Assembly: GCF_000150275.1 (NCBI RefSeq)
Contig: NW_002060946.1
Coordinates: 5,351,454 to 5,415,453 of the forward strand
Length of the DNA: 64,000 nucleotides
Reading direction: 5' to 3'
Origin: Trichoplax adhaerens
Taxonomy: Eukaryota > Animalia > Placozoa
The position numbers and the translations under genes are program-made. Below the pieces are notes generated by a model, which was not told where the DNA came from, made no database searches, and saw nothing but the letters and a program-made list of their open reading frames with translations. This document shows positions 39,699 to 52,997 of the stretch, piece by piece; the first letter of the stretch is position 1; every line of letters starts with the position of its first letter.

Positions 39699-42664
39699 CT
39701 AATGGCCTGATAAATGATTAAAAATAATTCCTGTCGCAATCGAAGTAGAATGTGTATTTAGTGATTATCGTTACTGTAAGACTAAGTGACGAAAACGATT
39801 ACGCGCAAGGGATACTTGTAGTCAATTGTTAACTGAAATGAATAAAAGTTCTATTAATAAATCTCCTTTAGTCTCTTTTCTCTATTCTCTTTGATTAATT
39901 TCCTTCGTAACCACAACATTCATATATCGTCATTATGCTTCTGCATATTGTTCTACGTAATGTCCAACCTTTATTCATCGACGGCAATCAATACAATGGC
40001 ATGAACAAGGGATTCTAATTGAAATAGTGGTAGATAGAATAGGATATTAATATTTGCTACGACTAGTAGTAACCAACGAAGATTCAAGCTAGCATACTGA
40101 AACTGTGGTAAGGATCGATCTTGGAAAAGATTATAGTATTGTGTTAGCTTGATACTCACAGTTTGCAATAATATTCTTTTAATATTAGATCTTCTTGAAT
40201 ACACGGCAAAATCGCCATCAACTTTGATTAACAGCTATACCCTGTTACCATTCAGCTAGGATGAACAAACTTGACAATTTATAGGTCAAATTCTGATGCT
40301 TTTGATCAACTAATACACCACTATATGAGTAGAGCCCATATATGTGGATGCAAGTAGATCTCTTATATAGAGATCCGTATTAAGTCTCCTTATGAGGTGA
40401 TTACTTATTCTACGACAAGTTATTTCATGCTCCTAATTTGCATAATGATATTGAAGTGCAAAGATAATTTCCTTCGTCAAACTACCATTAACTCAATTTT
40501 GATGCATTTCTGAACATCTCTACTGTTGAATATTTATCTATTGGAGTCTAACGAATTGGTCACGCTAAGCTATAGTAATTTCTACTAATATTTAATCGAT
40601 TAGAACATAAGCCATTCATTTCATATCATATCAAAATTATGGGTATGACTGTCAAACGAAAACACGATCTTATGTGTATTTACAGTTTGGTATAAAATGC
40701 TTTTCCAGCTATCCCATTTGGCTTTATGCTATCCTCCAACTGCAGTATGTATAGAAGTAGTAGCAATCATATTTTCCACCTCCAACTCTCCATAAACCGA
40801 ATACTTGACGTCAGCAAATGATTAATACAAATTTATATTTAGCGAAATCAATGATGAAAAGATTTGAATAGAAAACAACTCTACAGTAAATATATCAAAT
40901 AAAAATAATAATTATTTTTTATAAAATAAATTGTAATAAATAACATTTCTTATAATTCAACATACAAGTAATAAATCTTCATTCTAACACTGTCTCCGAT
41001 TTCTCCCTTATTATATTTTAATTTCTTTCGTGACAACGATCATTTCCATTTCCATTATCTCCACTATAATGTGGTTAAATTGTTATGATGACAAAGATAC
41101 CATCTGAAACTGAGCTACAGTAGTATCGAGTATGGCTGATGCAGCGAATATAAAATGCAAATATGCGGGTGCAACGCTAATTCGTTTCAATTTTCTCTTC
41201 GTAAGACAAGGAAATTCCGCTAAATTATGAAATCATTTCTATTAATATTAGGTGCCAAATTCTGTCAAAAATAGCTATCAACATAATCAAATTTTTGTTG
41301 TAACTGGTCACAGTCATTAATATATATATAGATATAGATGTGTAGTTTATGATAAAAATATTTTGTTTTGAACTATTTAGAAGTACGAGCTACTACTTTA
41401 GGAATTGTTATTCTTAGTAATAACCTGAGTTATTATGATATTATGATGAAATAGTAATATGTTACAAGTACGTATCGAGAACATAGGAACTTGACAGGGC
41501 TTACAGTCGAAGTAGATTTACGTTTGAAACTGTTTATTACCTCGAATGTCCGTATTTGATAATTCAATCGTAATAACATGTTTGTTATTGAAATAAGTTA
41601 ACAGCATAGTAAATATGTTTATAACTACTGCAAGAGTATATAAGAAGGACTGTGATCAATATAAAGTAATACAGATTATGGCTAAGTTGTGTGATAGTTT
41701 TATATTGCATATTGTGTTGAGCGAGTTAGTACTTCGCAAGGATTCCAGTTACTATACCGTAAGCTAGGAAAGCAGTTCTACGGATAAACAAATCTTTATT
41801 TACAGCAGAGAATACACTCTAGGAGTACATAAATTTCGCTACCACGCTATTTTAGCAAATTGAAGTCTTAATAGAAAATACTGAGTAAAATAATACAAAC
41901 AATCATTAAGGCATCATAAAACTTTTTGCAGGTAAACAAATCCTATAGAGTATCAGCATCATAAAAAATTCATTTGCTATCATGACTACCCAGTAACTGT
42001 AACTATTTCCATTGAAGATCTCAAGGAATTTACATTTTCTGATATCAAAACAACTTAGTCAGAATTTAAATTCGAAAGAGAAAATCATATTATACTGACA
42101 AAGTTAAATCCCCATTCCTATAGTCAAAAACTTGGATTAATAGAAGCAAATGAATAATTTGAACACATGATTAGAAAGTTATATGCTAATTTTATAGATT
42201 CAACTGTATTTTAATTGGCAATCCTAAATCGAATATTGTTGTCTTATAAAGTAAAAAATTTTTTCTTGGCTTATTGTCATGAATAGATTCTAAAGTTGCC
42301 GTAACTAATCATGGATCAAGTATGATTTTGTAGGTAAAGCTGAATGTATGTATTCAGCCATCAAACAGAATATCGCGACCAATATTTAAGAACTGCAGAT
42401 TGATAGCTTTATCAATTCTCTTTCAGCAACAAGCAAACTCTGTAAATCTATCATGTAAATTTTTGTGATCTGACTGAATAGATCGGTTTTGATATCAGTG
42501 ATTAATTAAAAATTTGATTGAAAATTTTGTGGAGAACGTAATCTAATATAATATGGCCAATGATATATCTAAAGCCGTAGACTGCTTATAGTCCTACTTA
42601 TCCAATGTTGCCATTGGAGTGCACTTCCAATAAAAGTTGCGCATAAATAGTTGATTTACACCGC

Positions 42665-42882
42665 AATTTAGTCGAACTTCAGCGTATCGGGTGTCTTCGA
42701 CGATGTCTTAGGCGCCATCGAGGAAGGCAACTTATTAAACGGCACTAATTCCTCTTAAATGTTGTTTCAATCCAAGTTGCTAATAGAGGTGCCAATTTCA
42801 GAAAAATTATTGCTGCTTACCTTCCGCAATGGTGATTGCAATATCGTCGAAGACACCAAAATCTCGAAGTTAGGGCGAAATT
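42665..42882. repeat. Imperfect long palindrome (MITE-like / fold-back)
   Basis: GGTGTCTTCGACGAT (~42690) pairs perfectly with ATCGTCGAAGACACC (~42843). Also CCATCGAGGAAGG / CCTTCCGCAATGG, AACTTC / GAAGTT and inner GGCAC / GTGCC. Confidence 0.75.
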
Positions 42883-43372
42883 ATTGGCAATTAATTCTTT
42901 CACTAATGTTCATTCGTAAGCCCAAATGTCGGTACTAATGTAACATTTAGCAAATTGTCTAGTGAGTGGAGGCGAATATCTTATTCTTAGCTACTTGGTT
43001 TTGCTGTCGTAGAATGTCGATTATTAACCACTGCAGCTAAATTATTAGCAGCTGTTATCTTGTAATGAGTAATCGCCGAATTTAGTTGAAAATCATTACT
43101 TTCGCCGTAGTATAATGTATGATCCCCTCAAATTTGAAACAGTTGTTGAAAGTTTAAAAGCTAATATTAAAATTAAACTAATATGTGATAAGAATTTATT
43201 AGTTTTAAATCTAACGAAGAACAACAGATTGATTATATGAAGATATAGTTAAATTAAAATTAAATCAGTGAAGGTACAACAATTTAATAGAAAGCCGTCT
43301 AATTAAGAAAAAGGTGCTGGCGATAAAGTTTTATCTCCATTATAAAATAAACACTGTTGAAGTGCCAAATAC

Positions 43373-43432
43373 ATGGTCTTCAGTTCGATTCCAGTACCTG
43401 AATAAGGTAAATCAATCCGATGCGATTTAACC
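43373..43432 (-). pseudogene. Duplicated exon of the 4-EF-hand gene (VKSHRIDLPYSGTGIELKT)
   Basis: Paralogous to exon 50234-50298 (VKSHRVDRSYYMAGTGLELKA). The flanking intron sequence is also similar (TCAAGATATTAGAATTGAT vs TCAAGATGTTAAAATGGAT). Confidence 0.7.
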
Positions 43433-44075
43433 CTTTGAACAAGTCAAGATATTAGAATTGATATCAAGGGACTAAAGAGTAGTTGGATAATGTAGATCCA
43501 GTCTATGACCAATTTGACATTCCGAAAGATTAAAAGTCCATCGTAGCAAAAGCAAATTACACAAAATAAAGAGGAAAAAATACCTCATAAGGCCTTTATT
43601 ACAATTAATATTGAGAAAAATCATGTCAGGATGTAGGGTGAAAACAGCGTGACCCATTGAGCGGCTATAGCAAATAAAATGGGTAAAATGTGCAAATTTA
43701 TCGTGCAACTAGCAGAACTAAATAGTCAAATAGACGACTAAGAATCGCACTTATAACATAAGAAGCTCCGCAGAAGAGTACCGGTATTGTTATAATTGAA
43801 AAAGAGAGATTAGTAAAGCTTACTTTTAAGTTACATATTGCTTCAGCGTCATCAAACCATATTAGAAATAGAATTCTACCTAATAAATTGTGAAAAATAA
43901 ATCGTTCACACGCCCAACTGCACTATAGTGTTATCAAAGCCAACTTCTGTTAAGAATAGACTATTTAATCTATGGTAAAGTGCAACAATCGAATAACTAT
44001 CGTATAGTATCGATAGGATAGGGAAACTTCTGGTACTGTGCAGATCGATCATCCGCAACATTATGTTTACAATCC

Positions 44076-44729
44076 TTAGCAACATAAAACTGAAGATAGT
44101 TGGTGCTCTTGTATGCAGCCATCTTTGCTATATTTACTTAATATCGCCTTTTTCAATACTTCTATAGTTTCAATGGTCACATCCTGATGGGATTGATAAA
44201 AGTCAAGCGTAATGATAATCAATTAACACGTATGGAAAATATTTGTTATAGTAGTTAATATCAGGTAAAGCTCCATAAAAAAACTAATTTTTCATTTATT
44301 TTCTACTACATTAGTAATTACCTTTGCCTGAAATTGAACTATATCTTTTATTAGTATATCTAATTTGTGATCACGGATATAGCCATTATTGTCTTATTTA
44401 ATGAGATCAAATTTATTAACATGGAGAAAGGATTACCTACAGAATTATTGAATTATCAAGAATTAAAATCAACATTTTCCTTATTCTAAAATCGATATTG
44501 CTATTCCGATATTCACTAGAGAAACTACTGATGTTTCAACTTGCTAACCTTATCATAGTGATTAAAGATATTCTGAAAGTCTTCTTGGCTCAATTTAGCA
44601 TTCTTTTAATTGCAAAGAGTACTGCTGATTAGTGAATTAGATAAACACTTCGATTAAAGTAGAATCGTTCATTTATATATGTGTTCTACCATAAATTGCT
44701 TAAGATAGTTGCCTTCAGTTGGTATCAAC
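44076..44729 (-). pseudogene. Partial, degenerate duplicate of calbindin-like gene exons 8-11
   Basis: Exons 44690-44729 (LIPTEGNYLKQFM), 44549-44602 (NAKLSQEDFQNIFNHYDK), 44322-44393 (DNNGYIRDHKLDILIKDIVQFQAK; acceptor is AA, not AG) and 44076-44183 (DVTIETIEVLKKAILSKYSKDGCIQEHQLSSVLCC*). The EF loop Glu12 is lost and exons 1-7 were not found. Confidence 0.85.
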
Positions 44730-44975
44730 CTAAAAAATATTAGAGAGAAGTCAGTTTTTGTATTCGTAATATTCTACATATCATTTAGACTACATATTTA
44801 TGATCACTAAAGTGCAAAGACTTATTCATGACATAAAATTATACCGTATGATGATTAAACTAGTTTGCTAATTTTAGCCTTACAATCTTTCTACAATATT
44901 GCTGCACTTTGAACTTACTGAACACAGTAATGTTGTAGGGCATTGAGAATATAGTCCAAGACCATATCAATTTTG

Positions 44976-45260
44976 CTATAATCAAGGTACCCTATATATC
45001 AAATTTGAGCCCTAACAGAAGATACCTACTCTCCAGTAGTTAAATTGAGTTATATTGGTAGTTTGTGCTCTGCTTCTAATTTATGAGCCTGTTCGAATTA
45101 CGACTACAAAACTTATTACTAATCCTTATCTAAATAAATTGATTGCAGTTATCATAAGCGAATTAGAATCAGGGTACACTATTTTAGCGAATTTGAGGCC
45201 TAACGGAAGCTATATAGTCTGCAGTAGTTAAATTAACGTTGCACAGGTAATTTGTGCCTT
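44976..45260. repeat. Diverged tandem duplication, ~186 bp period
   Basis: GGTAC.CTAT...AATTTGAG.CCTAAC.GAAG...CAGTAGTTAAATT occurs twice. Confidence 0.75.
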
Positions 45261-45941
45261 ATATGCAGCTTATCAGTATATTTAAAAGGAAAATCTCCAA
45301 TAGTAATTATAAAATTAACTACTAAAGCTTCTATTCAAATATTGTAATTATAATTATTATAAGCAAAATAGCAATATTAAAATTTCAATAATTTATGATT
45401 ATATCCAGAATACAGCATACTCATTCTTGGCAAATTTATCCGTTTTTTTAGAAATTTGGTATTGCGTATCAATCTAATCATGATTCTTTAAAGGTACTAA
45501 CAGATTACAGTATATTCAATCTTTCTCTGTCATAATTAAATTTTTAAGTCATTCTTCTCCATCCAAGATTAATTATCCTTGATTCAAACTAAATACAGCA
45601 CCGGTGTTTGTATATTGCCGTCAAAATAATATCATACAACTTAAAATCTACAGGTTAATAATTTTATTCATTTTTCAGCCACAACTACAGCATCTAAAAT
45701 CCATCATACAAATCTTATTCAGTATAGAATCAAATTTATCAATTTTATTTTCTGCTGTCCATTAAAGTTAGTAATACCAATTTCATGAAGGAAAATGTGA
45801 TCCATCAAGATTGAACCAATGATAGAACTATTTTGAGGAGATATGATACAAAAATTTATTACTTTTTAGCTCTTAATCGGATAGATAATAATATAAATCT
45901 GTCGTAAATAAAAATATTCAAAATATTGTTTGACGAGAAAT

Positions 45942-48900
45942 TTAATGATGGTGCTTTTTAATGCTTTTCTTGAACTCTCTTTCTAATGCTTTTTGATCCT
46001 TTCCTGTAGATTCATCGAATACTGGTTTATTGACGACAGCTTCGTGAAGCTGAACAAAAAATGGTATGTAGGTCATAAACTCCACAAAATCGATCGTTCC
46101 TATCGAGAAAGATAAAATTTGGTTCAGAAAATGCCAAGAAATGAAGTTCGATCCCAATTTTATCTGTACTCATTTAATTATTTCTTAATTATAATTTTAA
46201 CAATAAGGATAAGCTAACAGTTAATAGATACTGCTTCGATTTGATAGTCATAACTACTACATCATAGCGCTGAGAAACTGAATCTAGATCGATTGCGATA
46301 TCAATGTCGCTTTGTCCAAGTATTTCATATCTCACCACTATGATCCTTGTCAATTAAATGGACTAATTTGCGAACAAAATTTCTGTTGGTTCCTAATTTG
46401 ATACCAATAGCAGCAGAAATCATAATGGATAATTCAGATGTTAACAAGTAGCCATCTTCGTCGTGATCAATTAAGGAGAACATTTCCTAATGATAAATTT
46501 CGAAAATGACACGGAAAATCAGTTATGATCCGGGCACGCTCTTGTCAGATTGTTTTAACTTTGATATCGATTTGTTACTTGTATATTTTCAAGTGTATTC
46601 ATTACTATTTTAAGGCTTCCAAGTTTATGAGGTATATACAGACATGATGATTTATAGATATCAATAGCAACCCTAAGGCGATGGTTTACTTAATGACAAC
46701 TTACCCTATAACTACGTAATAAATGAGCTAATCGATCCAAGTCGAATTCTAGTAGCGCCTCTTCGTTGATAGTTCTGGTCAAAGAAAGTGATGATCTTGT
46801 TAGAAAATTGGATCAGACTGTACCCACTCTTTAAATTTATTTATATATTCTAAATCATAATATGGGCAGTATGCTTCTGTGTGTTTCGTATCAGCAATCG
46901 ACGATGACGATATTTGGTTATCATAGACTAGATTGAACTAACCTGGAGCCCGAAAGCTTATCGTTTAAAGACGCAATAACGATAAATTCCCGCACATCAA
47001 TCTCACCATCCCCGTCAAGATCAAATAACTAAGGAGAAAAATTTTTGTCGTTATATAAAATAAATTTAATACAAAATTTTAGTTTCAATTTTGCATGTCG
47101 ATGCCTCTCTTTCAATACTGTTTTACTTCAAAACGATTTAAAAGCTAAAATTGATACTTAAAGCATGAAACTACGGTAGTGGAAAAAACTGCAGACTGAA
47201 ATGGTATTCCCTGATCATAATATCAAGCATAAAATCAGAAAGTAAAATATTGCCGTTGCTTATATAGGAATATTTTTAATTACAGACTCTCTAACTTACA
47301 TTCATCAAATTTTTAACCGCATGATCATCGACAGAGGCAAACATTTTCCGCCTTAATTCCTCTATTGAAACGCGATGATCACCATTAACATCCAATTGCT
47401 CAAATTTAGCTTCAAATGCCTTGCGCTGCGGTTCGCTAGTAAAGGTATACATGGCTGGCAACTACAACGTTTGGAAATAATAATTCATAATTGTGAGAAT
47501 GATATTCAATTTGGATGATAATAACGCTTTATTAGCAAGTAGAACGAATATGGAAGAGATAGCCGTCTTCCTTAACACTAAAGGCCAATAGCCCTACTTG
47601 GAAATTCTCATCATCATCATCGTCGCTTTGCATCATCAAGCTTAGTTCACTTCTAAGATCGCTAATAGTGGAAGCAGTATCATCGTATAAACCGCTATTG
47701 GATTGCAAACGAAGGAAGGACCTGGAAATAAATCAACATGATGATGACAGCTTTAGTAAATTCATTTTTAGTCAAATAGGCCATTTAGTTTAATTCATAA
47801 ATGTCTATCTCGATGCTATCCATCGGTATTATAGCTATCAATGAATCATCTGATAATAAAAGTTCTTCTGGCTGAATTACTCACTCTAATTTATTGAGTC
47901 CGCTGGGATTGTCGTGTAATAATTTAATTGGATCATAACCAGCACTACTTAATTCTCCAATACTTCTTATGCGAATACTAATTAAAGAAAAAATTTTAGT
48001 ATAAAATTCTTGATCGTTTCTTTGTTACCTTTGTTGAAATGACATTTAATAGAGATGATAGGAAGAAAAATTGAAAGTAATCAATATTTAAAGTAATGAT
48101 CAGATCTCGCTCTCTTAATACTTTCATGATGATCATCATCCTCCTCTTACTTTTTAGTACTAGAAAGATGGCGACGTCTTGTAGTATCTTCTTTTTTATG
48201 CTTGCTAACGATGGTACCACTTAAAATATGGGTTGGTGAAGAACTTCGACCACTTTTACTCTTTCTATGCCCAGTTTTCTTCAAAGGACTCTTTTTGCCT
48301 ACTTCAATTTCACCATCATAAATTCGATGGTATTCTCCATCGGAACTACTCTTTTTACTGATACTCAATTCATCAATTGCCCTTAAGCTAGAAGGGCTAA
48401 CCGATTTTCTTAATTCTCGCTTGGATTTTGCTGATGATGTAGCAAGGTTTTGAGTCAGTTTGTTCAAAGAGCTATCGCTATGCCGTTGAGCACTCTTCAA
48501 AATCAATCTCGATGCGCTCCCTTCATCGTCGCTAGCAAGACTCCATTTCGGTAGTTTACTACTACTATCAGAGGTTACCGTATCTTTGCGTAAATTTCGA
48601 AGAAACTCAGCCCTCTTGGAAAAGAGAAAAACATCATGATTGTAATTGGGCAGTACTGGCTCTTTTTCTTCCTTAGAACTATGTGGATTGTTGTCTTCAT
48701 CTTCATCAAGAGTCCATCGTAGACCTTTCTTAATTTGAATAGCAGACGAAGTAATTGATTTTTTAAAAGTACGTTTTCTTAGAATGGATTTTTCTGGTTT
48801 AGATGGTGATATCGCTGGCATTCCATCTTGATCCATTTCATGCTGATCAACAACCGGTGCAACCGATGATAGATTGTGCTGTTGATTTTTCGATTTTTGT

Positions 48901-51900
48901 TTCAGTTTTTGTGTTCTTGACTTTCTTGGAATGGTAGGTTTTCTTCTGGAGGTAACAAACTTAGCTGCTCTACCTTGAATACCTAATGAATGCAGTACAT
49001 TAATGGGTTCAATCTCTTTTTCATCTACTGGTAGCGAACTAGAAGGTTCTTGTTCTATGATTTGGGGCTCAGGATAGCTTTCAGTAACAATTTTGGTTTC
49101 TACTTGATTTAACTTTGTATTACTTGGATCTTCGGGTACAAACTGTCCGTACTCAACACTCTGTAGACCTTTTCTTAATGGTTTCCCACCCCTTCTTTTG
49201 ATATCGAGATAGATTAAATTTTCTCTTTTATCATACTGATTCCTGGGAGAAGTATGTAAAGCAAGACTTTCCGCCAAATTTTCAATTTCATTTTCTTGAT
49301 CTTCGACATCAGACTCCTCTGTTCCTTCTGATAGCCGGCCTATGGCACCTTCTCGCAATCGTTCATCCTTAGACTCATTCAATGTACTCTAAAATAGTTG
49401 AATCCAAATTACATAGAGAGTTAATACTCACTATAACATGATATTGTAATTCCTAAATTATATGTGTATAATTATTACACGGAAGCGGCGTTAAGAATAA
49501 GTAAATTAAGGTAACCACTTGACCTAGTACTTTATTCTATTTTGTGAGAAATTACTGTATAGGCGTATTTAAATTAGCTGAGACTGTTTAGATTGATAAT
49601 TTGAGAAATTGATTATTTTTAAATTTTGCCGATAGAATATCTAGAAGTAATTTAATTTTCTTCGCTCTCTACAATTTATTATATATGTCACGGCTATATA
49701 CTATAATTATAACCACTATGTTGGTACTTGGCCTTATTTGGTGAGAAATGACTGTCTATACGCATCATTTAAATTAGCAGAGACTGTTATAGGACAATAA
49801 TTCGTAAAATTAATCATTCCTAAATTTTCGCTATAAAATATCCAAGAGCAATTCGATTTACCTCGCCATCTTCTGTAGTTAGATCAAATTCAAGAGATTC
49901 TAAGGGATCACAAATAGGATTAAAAGAAATGAAATTTGGTTACGATTACATACAGATGACGAAAAGAAGAGAAAGATTCTCCAAGTTACAACGATATGTA
50001 TTTCTTGACAGGTAGCGTTAGCTATAGAAATATCTCCAAATTTTTAAAACCTTGAGCTGCTTTAATCCTACTTACCTATAGTAGAAACTGGAGTGCAAGT
50101 TAAAATTTCCGACTCACAAACAGCTGGTTTATAAGCTCTAAATTAAATTAAGTAAGGTATAGCAATCAGTAAGAAATTTTGTCTAATAGAGCGAAAGGAG
50201 CTAAAATAAAATATTATTTAGAGGATGAATTACCTAGCCTTTAATTCAAGTCCGGTACCTGCCATATAATATGACCGATCAACTCGATGCGATTTAACCT
50301 ATCATAATAATCAAGATGTTAAAATGGATGACATAATAATAAGGTAAGTTCAGGGGAATATTTTCTGTCTGAAATTAACTCTTGAACTTACAAACATTAG
50401 TTTTTGCCTCATTCGACTATTATTAAATTCAGAATATCGAGCAAGAAATCGTTCGGGCTGTGCAACCGTTGGTTTCTTCCTGACAACTTCAGTAGGTAAC
50501 AATTCATAGCTATAATCATATAGATTGAAAGCAAGGTAAATTGAAATTGAATGACCTACTGATTAAAGTTAACGTTGATTAAGCTCAAAGCCTACTATTT
50601 TTCTTCTTCAGTCTTACCTTGGGACTTTATCGTCTTTACAGTCTTCTAAATTTTGCTACAAAGACAGAAAGACTGAATTAAGCCGGGGGAATAAACGAAA
50701 TAGTCACGAATCGATGTGAAACTAAGCTTAACCTACTGCTACCGTTAGATTGAGGGCAGTCATGGACTACTAAATTCATTAGATGCTTACATGAAGTTCA
50801 TTTTATCCTACTACGTAGCTTAACGAAGAAGCTTATTTTATATCTTACAACAATTCCATCATTGAGCTAGCACTTTAATATCAGATTATCGACAACGAAA
50901 GATGGCTAGCGTATAGGCTAAAGTTATTAGTGAAATTATCACTTAGATTTTACCGGTACTTAATTGCTAGCTTATAAATAACTGAAGCTGCCAAAAGCAA
51001 TCAAATTTATTATTTTCCACGCTATATTTGAGGCATAATTTGACTAATCAATTGGATCAGGAGTTTTGAAACATGCAAATTGAAAATTACGACTATTAAT
51101 AAATTGACCTCTGATTTTCTACAAGATAAGGCAAAATCATTCTTCTAAAGAATATATCAGATAGCTTTTCTCCCTTGATTGAACATCAAAAGCAGTTCCA
51201 TATTGCAAAATCTGCTGTTCTGACATTGATTTAATGTAATGGAAGTAATAACTTCAACGTAAATAAAATAATTTATAATAGGCGAAAAAATTTTTCAATT
51301 CTACTTAGCGACTATGAAAGATGACTAGTGTATAGGGTTAAAATTATTAGTAAAATTATCACTTTGATTTTGCCGATACTTGAATACTAGCTTATACATA
51401 ATTGCAGATGCCAAGTACATTAAGTCAGAATTTTCCTTATAAAGAATATATCAGCTAGTTTTTCTTTCTTGATTGTATATTAGAAGGAGTTCTACATTAC
51501 AAAATCCACTATTCTGGCATTAATTTATAGTAACACAAGTAATAACTTCAGCGTAAATAAAAAATTTGTACCAGACGAAATTTTTTCTCACCATAACGAA
51601 ATGAACAACCTCATCAACACCTTAATCGTTTTAAGCTATACAAGTTAGTATCAACAATAAACATACCACATAATTAATTTTAACTTTTTGTTGGATTTTA
51701 GTGAAGGAAGGATGAGGCTCTGGTTTAATGGTTACCTTATCCGGAATGTCATAATTTGGAGTTCTCACAGGAGAAGATCTACAGAAATAAACAATTTTAT
51801 CAATTTCCCATATTGAAATTTTACACCGTTGTTATTAATAAATGATAATTTAGAGATAGACCACAATTAGCCACGGTTCACTAACACATTTCGTTAACAC

Positions 51901-52997
51901 TTAATATTAGAACGTTATAGAAGTATTCTTTCTTTCAAGATTGGATAAAAATCATGATTTCAATGATAATCAAGCTTAAGAAAATTCAATTTAGCGTACT
52001 TGTAATATCCTGGCAATGTATCTGGTTTGAATTGGATTGGACTTTTAGGAGTAGCAAATGGTAGCTAAAACCATAATTTGTCAAATTATAATTATGAGAA
52101 ATTTCGCATTTTTCTACTGACAATATTACACTATAATCGTGATGTTGAAAATCGAAATAGAATTAAAAATATGAAAAGTTTCTTGAAATTGACGGTGATA
52201 AGCATCCTTTACGCATTAATTCACTCACTGGGCAAAGCGTTGGTTCTTCTCTTTCTATTGGTTTTGTTTGGAATGTTGGAAGGGAAGTAATGGTGGATTG
52301 TGGCGATACTGGTACCTTCATAGGCACAGTAGATGCAGAAGCTGTTCTTTTATGGCTGGAACTTGAAGCATATCGTCTGGACATTTCAAGTCGGGCAGAA
52401 TATGTTGTATATGGCAAGCTTTTATGAACCATCGATGCATCTGGTATCTCCAATTCGGGATCGCCGTTTGATTGTGTTATAAATACTCTTCGAGCAGGTT
52501 CCGATTTTGGCCTTCTCCTAGTAAACTGTCTTTCTACTTGTCTCTTGATGTTTTTAAGTTGATGTGGCCCATAATATAACTGCGTCGTGTGGGATACAGT
52601 CTGCGGTCTTGGCTTAGTCTGATAATCAACTACAATAGAACACAGCATGATGTAGCAACCAATTTAATCACTTACAAAAGCTAGCATACGATAATATATG
52701 TAAACATACTCTAAGTAACACCACCATAGCATCGTTAAAATTAAGGTCTAGAACATATTTCTACCTATTCGACTTGACATTACTATATAATTTTAAAATC
52801 TATTTTCATCACTTTATTAGCTAAAATTAAAACAATCGCCAACGAGCTTTTATTTCTGATGTCATGTGAAATTGTATATTACTCATTGCTTACAAATAAT
52901 ACTCCACTCTACAGTAGTTTACTACTCTCGAAAAGTTTACTATAAAAAAATGGTTTAGATACTATCAACATTCTGTTAATATAGCGTACTTACCCAT
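45942..52997 (-). CDS. Large protein with a long basic, Ser-rich disordered N-terminal region and four C-terminal EF-hands
   Basis: Exons (5' to 3'): 52994-52997, 52229-52629, 52000-52064, 51685-51778, 50618-50655, 50392-50509, 50234-50298, 50076-50087 (12 nt), [unresolved junction], 48151-49388, 47598-47721, 47300-47461, 46943-47028, 46705-46774, 46336-46486, 45942-46099. EF loops: DVNGDHRVSIEE, DLDGDGEIDVRE, DHDEDGYLLTSE, DKDHSGTIDFVE. Confidence 0.8.
49540..49870. repeat. Intronic tandem duplication, ~197 bp period
   Basis: GTGAGAAAT.ACTGT...ATTTAAATTAGC.GAGACTGTT at ~49544 and ~49741. Confidence 0.8.
50897..51590. repeat. Intronic tandem duplication with an internal indel
   Basis: GAAAGATG.CTAG.GTATAGG...AAATTATCACTT.GATTTT at 50897 and 51316. 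The second halves (AAAGAATATATCAG...GTAATAACTTCA.CGTAAATAAAA) also match, and copy 2 lacks ~130 bp. Confidence 0.85.

Noticed and set aside
45421-45473. Exon 7 of the duplicated calbindin
   Set aside because: Phase-compatible (53 nt), but the translation IDTQYQISKKTDKFAKNE has no similarity to LEVFDLNNDGKLDLKETQ.
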